Positions 54,164 through 64,000 are shown, numbered from the stretch's first letter. The stretch: 64,000 nucleotides of DNA from an uncultured Gemmatimonadaceae bacterium (GCA_963829055.1 CAWHHI010000011.1:96001-160000); one strand, 5' to 3'. The notes: generated from the sequence alone by a model not told the origin. Numbers and translations: made by a program.

Positions 54164-55387
54164 ATGGGTCTGCCACTATCCAGCCTCCGGCGTCGGGGTG
54201 GCGGGACGACGGACGCGGGTTCGTTGGAACGCGCCCGAAATGGTCGCTCATCATCCTCGCGTGGCTCGTTCCTTCGGCGATCGCAATGCTTCAGGCGACC
54301 GCCGGCTACGCGCTGCGCGGTGAGCTGGGCAAGGACTGGCCGTGGGTGCTGATGCAATTCCCGCGGTCGATGACGTGGGCGCTGTTCACGCCCCTCATCT
54401 TCGCTGCCGCGAATCGATTTCCGTTTCGACGCGACCGCCTCGCGGCGTCGGTGTGGATGCACGTGCTGATCGCGATGGGCATCTCGGCGCTCATCGAGGT
54501 CGTCTGGCTGCAGCTTAGCCTCGCTGCTGCAGTCGTACATCGAGCCCGAGATGATGGAACGCGTTCGGTCCAACTGGGCCGAAGTCTACGCAACGGCTGT
54601 GCTGAGTCGCGTCGTTAGCGGCGCGTTCACGTACGCCGCCGTGCTCGGCGTGGCGACGACGCTCGCGTATCACCGCCGCTTCCGTGAGCGAGAGCTCCGC
54701 ACCGCCCAGCTCGAGGCCCAGCTGGCGCTCGCCCAGGTGCAGGCACTCAAGATGCAGGTGCACCCGCACTTTCTCTTCAACACGCTGCACGCCATCACCG
54801 TGCTCATTCGCGAGGATCCGACCGCGGCGACACGCGTCGTGACCCGTCTCGGCGACCTGTTGCGCCTAACGCTGTCGCGCGCCACCACCACGCAGGTCAG
54901 CTTCCGACGCGAGCTCGAGATCCTCACCCTGTACCTCGAGATCGAGCGCACGCGCTTTCAGGATCGGCTCGAGATCTCCTACGATGTGCAGCCCGCCACG
55001 CTCGGCGCACTCGTCCCGGATCTCATTCTCCAGCCGCTCGTCGAGAACGCGATCCGGCACGGCGTCAGCCCTAACGCCGGCATCGGCCGGATCGAGGTTC
55101 GGTCACGACACGATGGTCAATCGCTCGTGCTCGAGATTCGCGACAACGGAATGGGGCTACCACAGGGTCAGCCGCTCCGCGAAGGCATTGGCCTCTCGAC
55201 GACCAAGGCGCGACTCGAGCGGCTGTACGGGACACGACAGGAGCTCGAGCTCGCGAATCTGCCCGAGGGTGGATGCGTTGCTCGCATTCGGATCCCGTTC
55301 CAGCCCGCGAGCGACGACCGGCCCGATGGGCTGGCCGACGTGGGGAACCTGGCACCCGTGTCATCATCGGCGGCGGCCGGTCGGTGA
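54164..55387 (+). CDS. LytS/YehU-type sensor histidine kinase, frameshift near 54520
   Basis: TM N-terminus; LKMQVHPHFLFNTL, LQPLVENAIRHG, DNGMG, GIGLS; start approximate. Confidence 0.9.
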
Positions 55388-56163
55388 CTGATCCCGTGAC
55401 CGACGTTCGCGTGGTAGTGGCGGACGACGAGCCACTCGTCCGACGAGGGCTCCGCACGTTCATCGCCGCCGAGAAGGGTCTGACGTTCGTGGGCGAGGCG
55501 CGAAATGGGCCGGAAGCCGTCGCGCTGATTCGGGCGGAACGGCCGGACCTCGTCTTCCTGGACGTCCAGATGCCGGAGCTCGACGGCTTCGGTGTGCTCG
55601 AGACGCTCGAGGGCGAGCCGCTCCCAGCCGTGGTCTTCGTGACCGCGTATGACGAGTACGCGATCCGCGCGTTCGACGTCCACGCCGTGGACTACCTGCT
55701 CAAGCCGTTCGACGAAGAGCGCTTTCGCGTCGCCCTGGGTCGCGTGCGCTCCCGCCTCGGCGAGCGTCGGAGTACGTCACTCGATCAGCGGCTCGAAGCC
55801 GTCCTCACTGAGCTGCGGGGGCGCGAGCAGTACACGGACCGACTGCTGGTGAAGTCCGACGGCCGGGTGACCGTGCTCCAGGTCGACGAAGTCGACTGGA
55901 TCGAGGCAGCGGACAACTACGCGCGTGTTCACACGGCGCGCGGGCGGTATCTGGTGCGCGAGCCCATCAAGACGCTCGAGCGGAAGCTCAACCCGCGCCA
56001 ATTCGCCCGCGTCCACCGCTCGGCCATCGTGAACCTGGCCCGTGTTCGTGAGCTTCAGCCAATGTTTGGCGGCGAGTATGTCATTATCCTTTCCACGGGC
56101 GCCAAACTGACGCTAAGTCGGGGCTACCGCGACGCGTTCCGCAACGCACTTGGCAATGAGTAG
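55384..56163 (+). CDS. LytTR family response regulator
   Basis: ADDE, FLDVQMP, FVTAYD, DYLLKP; LytTR RVHRSAIVN; GTGA overlap with the kinase. Confidence 0.95.
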   Translation: MTDPVTDVRVVVADDEPLVRRGLRTFIAAEKGLTFVGEARNGPEAVALIRAERPDLVFLDVQMPELDGFGVLETLEGEPLPAVVFVTAYDEYAIRAFDVHAVDYLLKPFDEERFRVALGRVRSRLGERRSTSLDQRLEAVLTELRGREQYTDRLLVKSDGRVTVLQVDEVDWIEAADNYARVHTARGRYLVREPIKTLERKLNPRQFARVHRSAIVNLARVRELQPMFGGEYVIILSTGAKLTLSRGYRDAFRNALGNE

Positions 56164-56278
56164 TAGGTCCGACTCGCGTCGTGCGTGAACGCGGAGCAGG
56201 TTGTGGAGTACGCTCGTTACCCGAGGAAGCAGCAGCGACCTTCGGTGCCGATGTAGCATTCCTCCCTTTTCATCGCTA

Positions 56279-57583
56279 ATGGCTGGATTCCGTTCGCCGC
56301 TCGACGCTTACCGCGAGGACCTGTCGCGCGCCGGTGATCGCAAGCGTTTCGCCACAGGCGATGAATTCTGGATCCTCCTCGCGACCGGCCTTCGTCGCGT
56401 TGTGCAGGAGCCACACGTCCGCCGGCCGGCCGCCGCGCGGCGGCTCGCGAACATCCTGTTGACGTTCGGCAAGGAGCTCGCGAAGTGCCCGGCACCGACG
56501 ATCGAGATCGGCGAAGCCGGGCCCGCGGTGGTCGTCGAACGGGCCGCGGCCGTGGCCGACGCGCTGGCGCGGTTTCCCGAGGCCGACGACGCGGGGCTTC
56601 TCGTTAGGCACGTCTGCGCGGCAGCCGCCGATGCCGAGGAGGCCGGCGCGGTGGGGCTCGCGCGCGAGATCGTCACCGACCTTCGGGTGCTGTCGTCGCA
56701 CGCACAGCCGCTGGATCGCGGTCTCGTGCTCATGCAGTTGGCGCGCATCGCCCGCACGCTCGGGGAGCTCGACGCCACGCTCGATCTCCTGCGAGCTGTC
56801 GGCGACCTGGGACGCGCGACCGGCACGCGTGAGCTCGAAGTGCGTGAAGCGGTAGGTGAAGGGGTGTTGGCGCACACGCGCGGGAATCATCCGGAGGCGC
56901 GTCGCCTGTTCGAGACGGCGCTCGCGGGCGCATCCGAGTTGGGGCTGGTGGATGTCATCGGATTGGCGCACCAGGGCCTCCTGATTATCTGCGCCAGCGC
57001 CGGCGAGTTCGACCTCGCGCTCCACCACGGCTGGAATGCCCTGAGCGCTGCGCGCACGGAAGGAACTCGCGAAGCCGAGGCGCTGGGCAACCTCGCGGAG
57101 CTCTGCGCGAAGGCGGGCTACCACGACGCCGCGTTAGGTGGCTTCGCCCTGGCGCTCACCCGCACGGCCGCACCGCGCATACGCCTGCCGGCGCTGGCCG
57201 GCGTCGCGACCGCCGCCGGCCGGCTTGGCGACGCGCCGCGGCTGCGCATGGCTGACGAGGCAATCGCCCGGGAGGCCAATGACGCGTTCCCGTACGAGAC
57301 GGCGGGCGCCTGGCTCGCGCTCGCGCGCGCGAAGCGCGCCCTGGGGGACGCCGCGGGGGGCGATGCGGCAGCGAAGAAGGCCGCCGTCATCGCGCACGCG
57401 CACGGGTTTTTCGAGATCGCCCACTACCTGCATCAGGATGCCCAGCCCGCGCCGGCACCCCTCGCCGAACCGGCGCTTCAGGTCATTCGCTCACTGACAG
57501 CGTGGTCCGGCGACAATGCTGCCGATCTCGTGCTTAGCTACACGTCCACGGACGACTCCAGTCACACACGTCATCGGGATTAG
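56279..57583 (+). CDS. TPR-like alpha-helical repeat protein
   Basis: Ala/Leu-rich helical repeats (RGNHPEARRLFETAL, EALGNLAELC). Confidence 0.7.
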   Translation: MAGFRSPLDAYREDLSRAGDRKRFATGDEFWILLATGLRRVVQEPHVRRPAAARRLANILLTFGKELAKCPAPTIEIGEAGPAVVVERAAAVADALARFPEADDAGLLVRHVCAAAADAEEAGAVGLAREIVTDLRVLSSHAQPLDRGLVLMQLARIARTLGELDATLDLLRAVGDLGRATGTRELEVREAVGEGVLAHTRGNHPEARRLFETALAGASELGLVDVIGLAHQGLLIICASAGEFDLALHHGWNALSAARTEGTREAEALGNLAELCAKAGYHDAALGGFALALTRTAAPRIRLPALAGVATAAGRLGDAPRLRMADEAIAREANDAFPYETAGAWLALARAKRALGDAAGGDAAAKKAAVIAHAHGFFEIAHYLHQDAQPAPAPLAEPALQVIRSLTAWSGDNAADLVLSYTSTDDSSHTRHRD

Positions 57584-57716
57584 CCTTCACGGGGGCTGCT
57601 TTCACAGCGGTTGCTGCCGACTTAGCTGACTCTGTGGGAGCGGTGGGATTCTGCGAGCAGGCCCCCAGGACCGAGGCGGCGGTGACCAGCATGACCAGAC
57701 GGATCGTGCGAGACAT
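57534..57716 (-). CDS. 60-aa lipoprotein with C-terminal CDWSRPWTC motif
   Basis: GGAG RBS, signal peptide with lipobox LGA|C, Ala/Pro/Thr linker. Confidence 0.75.
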   Translation of the reverse strand: MSRTIRLVMLVTAASVLGACSQNPTAPTESAKSAATAVKAAPVKANPDDVCDWSRPWTCS

Positions 57717-57812
57717 TGATAGCTCCGTATTGTTGGAGCGCCATCGATACGACCGCCGGCGACGTCGAACGGACATCGCCGGGGGCGATCTCATACACGG
57801 GGGGGCGTTTCG

Positions 57813-58622
57813 TTGACGGCCCCCCTGCGCGTCGTCGCTCTGGTGGTCGGCGCGAAGTGCCGAGCGCGAATCCGCGGCGGCGTTGTGGGGCGGGCCGACG
57901 TCCGATTCTGTGACCTCCGCGGCGAGCTGGTTCCTCTAGCGGCGACGGCGCACGCGAGCTGTGTGATCGCCGAGCCTCGCGATCGCGCGGGGGAAGACGT
58001 GAGTCCGGCGGTCAGCGCCCTGCGCGCCGGCATGCCGTCGGTCCCGGTAATCGCCTACTTCGCCGACGACCACGTGAGCTCGGGTGACATCCTCGCGATG
58101 GCCCGTGCGGGCGTGCATGACCTCGTCCGTGCCGGCTTCGATGACGTGAGCGGCGCGCTGCGGACTGTGCTCGCGAGCGCGACCGCGGCCTGCGCGGCGG
58201 CGGCGGTGCGCGACGAGCTCGAGCGCGTGATTCCGAGCGAGGCCTGGCTGTTCGTGTCCTACTGCCTGGCGCGGGCGAACGCGCCCATCTCCATCCGCTC
58301 GGCCGCGGATGCGCTCGCGCTCGACCGGCGGACGCTCGTTCGCCGATTGGAACGAGCCGGACTGCCTGGCCCACGCCGCATTGCCGGCTGGTGCCGTGTG
58401 ATCGTCGCGGTGCGACTGTTGGACGAGCCGATCTACACGCTCGAACAGGTAGCCCTCCGCCTCGACTTTCCGTCCGGAACGGCACTGCGCAACATGCTCA
58501 TTCGCTACACCGGTCTCGGACCGCGCGAGCTCCGCGAGAACGGTGGCGTGCGATGCGCGCTGCACCTGTTCAAGCGCGAGCTCGGCGCGTGTGTCGGCGC
58601 GCCCGCGTGTCCGCCGGCCTGA
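57813..58622 (+). CDS. AraC-like HTH regulator with degenerate receiver-like N-terminus
   Basis: ADALALDRRTLVRRL, TLEQVALRLDFPSGTALRNMLIRYTGLGP. Confidence 0.82.
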   Translation: MTAPLRVVALVVGAKCRARIRGGVVGRADVRFCDLRGELVPLAATAHASCVIAEPRDRAGEDVSPAVSALRAGMPSVPVIAYFADDHVSSGDILAMARAGVHDLVRAGFDDVSGALRTVLASATAACAAAAVRDELERVIPSEAWLFVSYCLARANAPISIRSAADALALDRRTLVRRLERAGLPGPRRIAGWCRVIVAVRLLDEPIYTLEQVALRLDFPSGTALRNMLIRYTGLGPRELRENGGVRCALHLFKRELGACVGAPACPPA

Positions 58623-58679
58623 GGCCTGATGGCGCGGTGGCTCGATGCGCCGTTAGTGCGGCGTGCATCTGATGCGACG

Positions 58680-59467
58680 TCACCGCGTCCAGATGATCAC
58701 CGTGCATCCCGGCGCGAGCCCGGGGAACGCCGTCGCCGAGAACTCCACCGGCGTCGTTGCGGCGCCTGCGTAGACCTCGATCGCCTCGATCTCGGCCGGC
58801 GAGATCCAGTCGAGCCTCAGGTCGCGCCGGATCGGCTCACTTCGGCGACCGCCGCAACGGCGCACCGATCTTGTCCGGCGGGACCATCGCGCCGTCAACG
58901 TAGATCGTAGCGTTACTGGCGCACGTCGCTGATCCGCCCGCCACGGTCCTTGATCAGATCACTGATCTGCTGCGGTTGGCGTCGCTCGATCTCGTCCCGC
59001 GTTATGAACGATGATCGAGACGCCGCACTCGTCCGCATGCGCTCCGCGAATCCCGCCATCTTGCCCCGGTATCGCTCCTCCCGCGCCTTGACGGTCACCT
59101 CCGCGAGTTGGAGCGCCAGGACATGCATCTCGATCCGCATGGTGACCGTGTCTTGGGCGGCCATGTCGACGCTCACCGACCGCGGGCCGAAGCCGAGCCT
59201 CGTCGCGCGCAGCAGGTAGCTGCCAGGATCGAAGGCGAACCGGAACGCACCCAGGCTATCGCTGCGCGCCAGGCGCGTCGTGCCTAACACGCGGACTTCC
59301 ACGTTCGGAACGGGAAGTCCCGTGGACGGCTCGACAACGACACCGATGAGAGTGCCACGACCCTGTGCGAGCACCCCTCGCGGGCTCGCCACGATGACTG
59401 CTCCCGCAAGAGCGATCGATGCGAACGCGGCTCGGACAGCGCGGGCCAGGCAGTCGGCCACCGTCAT
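58680..59467 (-). CDS. Carboxypeptidase-regulatory-like domain + TonB plug-like domain protein, frameshift near 58915
   Basis: GTLIGVV..SDSLGAF, FITRDEIER, IYVDG, IEAIEVY..VIIWTR. Confidence 0.75.
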
Positions 59468-59660
59468 GCGACTCTCCTGTCGGCGATGGGTCAGCCTCTC
59501 ACCAGTGGATGATAACGGCGGCTGCGCGCCCGCGCCGTCCCCCGCGTTGGACGGTCGCATAACGATCGGCATGCGTTGGCGGCACCGTGCTACGCTGGTG
59601 CAAGACGGCCGGTGTGCACGCACCCATCCTTGGGTCGAATCGTCCCAGGGAGATCTATCC

Positions 59661-60125
59661 ATGCACGCTGTGCCAGGACACCCCACCGTACCGGCCACCG
59701 CGCCGGTGCGCACGCGACCACTCCGCATCGACGCCAATACAGACGCTCCACCCCTACCGGACTCTGTGAGCGGCGCCCCCGACGTCGTCCTCGTCAAGTC
59801 CGGCTTCAAACAGGTCGCCATCCACATTCACGAGATCACGTTCGCCGAGGCCGCCCGGAACTACGTACTCGTGCACCTCGAGAGTGGTGCGGTGATCAAG
59901 AGTCGTGTCCCGATCGAGCGGCTCGCGGAGCACCTCGGAACTGCGCGATTCCTGCGCATCCATCGCGGACGCCTGGTCAACGTCGAGCGCATCCGCGCGG
60001 TCACGCCGCTCACGGGCGGACGGCTCCGCCTGGCACTTCTCGACGGAGCGACCATTCTGGTCGCGCGCGACAGGCGTCGTGCAGTGCTCGCCGAGCTCAC
60101 CGCATTGGCGGCGCGCGGCGCTTGA
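59661..60125 (+). CDS. Stand-alone LytTR DNA-binding domain protein
   Basis: EAARNYV, FLRIHRGRLVN, VARDRR; no receiver domain. Confidence 0.85.
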   Translation: MHAVPGHPTVPATAPVRTRPLRIDANTDAPPLPDSVSGAPDVVLVKSGFKQVAIHIHEITFAEAARNYVLVHLESGAVIKSRVPIERLAEHLGTARFLRIHRGRLVNVERIRAVTPLTGGRLRLALLDGATILVARDRRRAVLAELTALAARGA

Positions 60126-60279
60126 CCCGCGCGCCCCTCGGCAGCGCGTCCGGACCACGTTAGGCATGCAGATCCTCGCCGGCGGTTCGTCACGCCCGTC
60201 CGCCGGCCCGGCCCATAGAGGGACGGCCCGTCCGAACGGCGCGTCCCACACCTGCTAATCTCCGCTTATCCCGTCGGGT

Positions 60280-61180
60280 TTGGCACTCGCTGGTCCCGGT
60301 ACTTTCTTCGGTGCACGTGCCGAGACGAACCCGAGCCATCCAGGCGGCCAATGTCGATGCGTGCGGCGACCCCCGACGAGGCGGTACTGCGACGAACCGC
60401 GGACCTGACCCGCGGCCGCGTGCGCCTCGTCGAGCACAACTGGCCAGGCGATGTCAGTACGCCTGGCGAGCATCGCGACGCCGCGCACATTCTGCTTTCT
60501 CGCGCACGGCGCCATCGAGGAACGTCGTCCCCATTCGACCGTGTGGCGCGTTGCCCCGAGCGTGCGCGTCTCGCCCCCTGGCGATGAGCACGCGTGCTGC
60601 TACGGCAACGTCGGCGGGCGATGCCTCGTCATCGAGCCGATGGCGTTGCTCGGCGGCGATGACGGCGTGCCGTCGCCGAACGAGCCGACGATCGTTCAGG
60701 ATCATCGCATCGTCGAGCTGGCCGCGCGCGTGTACACGGAGTTGCGCGCTGACTCTCCACACTCCGTGTCGGGGCTCGTGATCGAGAGCATCGCACTCGA
60801 GGTGCTCGCGCAAAGTGCCCGGTGGGAACGACCGCGTGCCGATCGTCGGCCGCCGGCGTGGCTCGCGCAACTGCAGGACTATCTCGCGAGCGATCTCGCG
60901 AGTCGTGCCCGACCTGGTGACACTGGCGGCGATCGCTGGCGTGCACCGCGTGCACGTCGCGCGCGCGTTCCGCGATCATCTCGGCTGCACGGTGGGCGAT
61001 TACGTCCGCCGGCTTCGCGTCCGCTGTGCGTGCGAGCTGCTCACCGCGACGGCCGTCCCACTCACCGACGTCGCGATGCGTGCCGGCTTCTTCGATCAGA
61101 GCCACATGACGCGCGTCGTGAAGCGATTCCTCGGCGTCACGCCGGCATCGCTGCGTCGCGCGACTGGTCGGTGCGAGTGA
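60280..61180 (+). CDS. AraC family regulator (frameshifted; start approximate)
   Basis: PPAWL, LAAIAGVHRVHVARAF, GFFDQSHMTRVVKRFLGVTP. Confidence 0.8.
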
Positions 61181-61198
61181 AACCGAACGGCTGTTAGG

Positions 61199-61413
61199 AG
61201 GGACTGGGGACTCGGGACTGGAACTGCGGCTGGTTGCTGGGTGGTCGTGCTGGCTGCTGGGTGATGCTGGGTGCGGTTGCGCGCAGCGAGCAGCACTTGG
61301 TGTCCTGGGCGCTAATAGCAGCAGCGGGCAGCGTGCGGCCGCAGCATGCAGCCGGCGGCAGGTGTGCCCAGCGTGCAGCCGCTCCAGTCTCCAATCCCCA
61401 GTCCCCAGTCCCC
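61199..61413. repeat. Inverted (GGGACTG)n heptamer arrays
   Basis: GGGACTGGGGACTCGGGACTGG ... CCCCAGTCCCCAGTCCC; similar units at 9809-9837 and 34968-35060. Confidence 0.7.
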
Positions 61414-61454
61414 GTCCTTGGTTGCCTAACAACGCACCGACTGCAGCGCTCCGA

Positions 61455-61808
61455 CTAGACCCGCTCGTCCACCGCGTCCGGAATGGGCACGAGCATGCGA
61501 GCCCCGTCGGGGCGCTGCGGCTCAGGCTCGGCGTCCAGGCCATGCAGTCGGCGCCAGTAGGCCCGGAGCACGGCGCCGGCCATCTCGTCGCCCTGGGCGA
61601 ACCCACGTGCCGTGAACCACCGTGTGAGCGGAGCGTCTTCCCGCCACAATCCCAGCACGTTGCGAATGGCGAGTCCCAAGCCCCAATGCTCACGATCGAG
61701 CCCCGACTCATCGAGGGAGCGGAGGTACTGTTTGGTGGCGGCGGGAATCAGCGTGTCCAGCGAGTCCAACGCATCGGCGAACGTCGCCGGCCAATTCTGA
61801 CCGGTCAT
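61455..61808 (-). CDS. Hypothetical protein (DUF6794-like)
   Basis: HWGLGLAIRNVLGLW..DEM motif; ATGA overlap with the upstream gene. Confidence 0.6.
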   Translation of the reverse strand: MTGQNWPATFADALDSLDTLIPAATKQYLRSLDESGLDREHWGLGLAIRNVLGLWREDAPLTRWFTARGFAQGDEMAGAVLRAYWRRLHGLDAEPEPQRPDGARMLVPIPDAVDERV

Positions 61809-62044
61809 CCGATCGCGGCGATCGACTTGGCCTCTGCCGAGCCGCCGCCGAAGGACGGGGGAGTCTCGACCTGGCCCTGGACGGGAAGCGCCTCCGACCG
61901 CGCGCGCAGCGCCCGCTCGAGGACCCGCCGTTCGAGCGGGTGCATGGGCGTCGCGGCAATGCGGTTCACGACGGCAGAGAGTCCAGCCTCGCTGTCGACT
62001 CTCGCGATGGCATTGACCAGTTCGAAATACAGCGAAGCGTTCAT
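61805..62044 (-). CDS. Small hypothetical protein
   Basis: 79-aa helical ORF (MHPLERRVLER) coupled to the downstream gene. Confidence 0.55.
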   Translation of the reverse strand: MNASLYFELVNAIARVDSEAGLSAVVNRIAATPMHPLERRVLERALRARSEALPVQGQVETPPSFGGGSAEAKSIAAIG

Positions 62045-62316
62045 AACGCGCTCGTGACTATGTTGGGTGTAGCGACCGATTGCCGCCGCACTTCGCAATC
62101 ACCGCGCCGAGGCCGGTACGTCCCTGATATGAGGCCGGTTAGGCGGCCAACCCGGCGTTTGCCGCACCCGCACTCCCACACACGTGCGCGAATCTCGTCT
62201 AACCGCGCCTAAACGCGCCAGCTTTGGCGCGTGCGCCACATAGTGCTGCACGGAAGCGCCACAAATGTTAGGCGCTCGACCGCTCGGCTCATCGGGTCGA
62301 CGCAGCACACGGATCA

Positions 62317-63276
62317 CTATCGAGGGTCGAGATACAGCTCCGCCTTGAACACGATCACTGCATCGCGACCGATCCGGACGCGCACTGGCACGTCGCCCTC
62401 GATGTCCACCTCGACGTGCACCACGCCGCGTCTGCCAACGCTCGCGCCCTGGGTCGAGAGGAATCGGAAGCCACGGCCGTCATGCTGCACCAGCCGGTGC
62501 TGCACCAGGTAGGCACCGAGCGGCCCGTTCCCGTTCCCCGTCACCGGATCCTCCGCGACGCCAATCGCGGGCGCGAACATGCGGCAGCTCGTGAGGAGAC
62601 GATCGTCACCGGTATCGAACGTGAAAACGTGATACCCGTTGCACGCGATGTCACGGCTCAATGCCGCGAGCGCCGCCATGTCCGGCGAGAGCCCGAACAG
62701 CGTCGCCCGGTCGCGAAGACCGACGATCACCTTCCCGTGCCCCGCCGCGGCAACCTGCACCGGGGCGTTAGGCAACAGCGCGCCGGCGGTCACGCCCAGT
62801 GCCGCCAGGAGCCGCGCCACATGCGCGTCCCGGAGCGGAGGCTCGAAGGTCGGCGGCGCCAGCGTCAACGTCACCTGGTAGTCTCCGCCATCGCGGGTGA
62901 GCGCGACCGGGAGGTCTCCCGCCCTGCCACGTTGTACCACCGTGCCAGCGGGGACCCCGCCAACCACCGCGCGCGTGTAATGCGCCGCGATCGTGGCGTG
63001 CCCGCAGAGAGGCACCTCGGTTTTCGGCGTGAAGTAGCGGATGCGCACGTCGTGCCCCGGACCGTCAGCCGGAAACAGAAACGCCGTCTCGGGATTCCCG
63101 AGCTCGAACGCGATATGCTGCATCTCCGCGTCCGAGAGGTCCGATGCGTCGAGCACGACGCCGGCGGGGTTGCCCGTGAAGCGGTCCTTCGTGAACGCGT
63201 CCACCTGGTAGACGGTCACCGCGCGACGACCGAGCGAGGAGCGCATGGGAGCAACCAGCGTCGTGCTGTCCGCCAC
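62317..63276 (-). CDS. PhzF family isomerase
   Basis: QVDAFT..GNPAGV, ETAF, EVPLCGHATIA, EDPVTG. Confidence 0.93.
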   Translation of the reverse strand: MADSTTLVAPMRSSLGRRAVTVYQVDAFTKDRFTGNPAGVVLDASDLSDAEMQHIAFELGNPETAFLFPADGPGHDVRIRYFTPKTEVPLCGHATIAAHYTRAVVGGVPAGTVVQRGRAGDLPVALTRDGGDYQVTLTLAPPTFEPPLRDAHVARLLAALGVTAGALLPNAPVQVAAAGHGKVIVGLRDRATLFGLSPDMAALAALSRDIACNGYHVFTFDTGDDRLLTSCRMFAPAIGVAEDPVTGNGNGPLGAYLVQHRLVQHDGRGFRFLSTQGASVGRRGVVHVEVDIEGDVPVRVRIGRDAVIVFKAELYLDPR

Positions 63277-63283
63277 GCAGCGA

Positions 63284-63748
63284 TCAGCGCGAGAATCGAA
63301 GGTCGAGTCGAACCGTGTCCGGCGCGACGCCGTCGGTGACCGCGCGGAATCGCGTGACGAGCGTCGTGGTATCGCGCCAGACCGGATCGCCCGAGCGCGT
63401 GCTCAATACGACGAGACACATTGGCGCCGCCAAGGCGGTGACACGGAGGTCGGACACGAACAGGCCGTCGCGTGGCGGCTGAACGGACCAGTAACCCAGG
63501 AGCTTATCCCCGGTGCAGCCGAATTCACCGCCCGGTTTGCCGTTGAAGAGCACCTGTATGGTGACGATCGCGTTCGCGATCGGGGCACCCGACGCCGTTC
63601 CAGCGCGCCCGATGACCACGAGTGCCTGCTCGCGTGCCTGCTCGGCGGACGTCACCGAGGCGTGCCCGTCGCCGCCACACGCGGTGAGTGCCACGGCACC
63701 GATGAGCGCACACCCAACGGACATGGCTCGGACATTGACGTTAGGCAT
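63284..63748 (-). CDS. Hypothetical lipoprotein
   Basis: Lipobox LTAC after a hydrophobic stretch. Confidence 0.6.
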   Translation of the reverse strand: MPNVNVRAMSVGCALIGAVALTACGGDGHASVTSAEQAREQALVVIGRAGTASGAPIANAIVTIQVLFNGKPGGEFGCTGDKLLGYWSVQPPRDGLFVSDLRVTALAAPMCLVVLSTRSGDPVWRDTTTLVTRFRAVTDGVAPDTVRLDLRFSR

Positions 63749-64000
63749 CCCGTCTCCCCCTACTGCGCTCGATGCGGTCGCGAACGGCCGTGGCCAACGC
63801 GTCCAGTGTGAATGGCTTCTGAATCGACACGATCCCGGGCCCGCCAAGCCCCCGTCGCGAGATCTCCTCCGCGCTGTACGCGGACATGAAGAGGATCGGG
63901 ACATTGATCCCCTCCGCCGCCATGCGCGCCGCGAGCTGCTGGCCGTTGACGTTCGGCATCACCAGATCGGAGAGCACGAGGGCCACCTTGCCCGCGTTGG
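63741..64000 (-). CDS. Receiver domain, C-terminal part (truncated by window edge)
   Basis: LVLSDLVMP, LFMSAY, IQKPF. Confidence 0.85.
   Translation of the reverse strand, partial: NAGKVALVLSDLVMPNVNGQQLAARMAAEGINVPILFMSAYSAEEISRRGLGGPGIVSIQKPFTLDALATAVRDRIERSRGRRDA

Noticed and set aside
62317..63276. Phenazine biosynthesis cluster
   Set aside because: A lone PhzF-family gene with no other phz genes
602..63746. Telomere-like TTAGG repeats
   Set aside because: Copies are dispersed singly inside genes and never tandem

Overview
High-GC bacterial chromosomal window. The gene repertoire resembles Gemmatimonadota (inference): eukaryote-like Ser/Thr kinases, MacB/FtsX 'ADOP' permeases, M14/M16/S9 peptidases and plug-only TonB-like proteins. 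It holds about 45 CDS. About a dozen otherwise intact genes are split by single frameshifts, most likely read or assembly indels. No rRNA, tRNA, CRISPR array or transposase was seen. Main points: (1) a compact locus at 38.9-49.1 kb with a membrane Ser/Thr kinase-TPR gene, a 97-aa protein made of five 14-aa R-EGPSAPPxxGG(D/E)G repeats, and a metacaspase-type C14 protease, converging on a CHAT-nSTAND1-TM-WD40 NLR-like gene; this is a candidate protease-released peptide signalling or defence system; (2) a non-palindromic DNA motif, (C)GTTAGG(C), found about once per kb on both strands and in several reading frames; (3) a probable Cys/Met leader-peptide attenuator in front of an FMN reductase / ATP-grasp / LLM monooxygenase sulfur operon; (4) a 60-aa lipoprotein ending in CDWSRPWTC between TPR-like and AraC-like genes; (5) several families of REP/MITE-like palindromic intergenic repeats.
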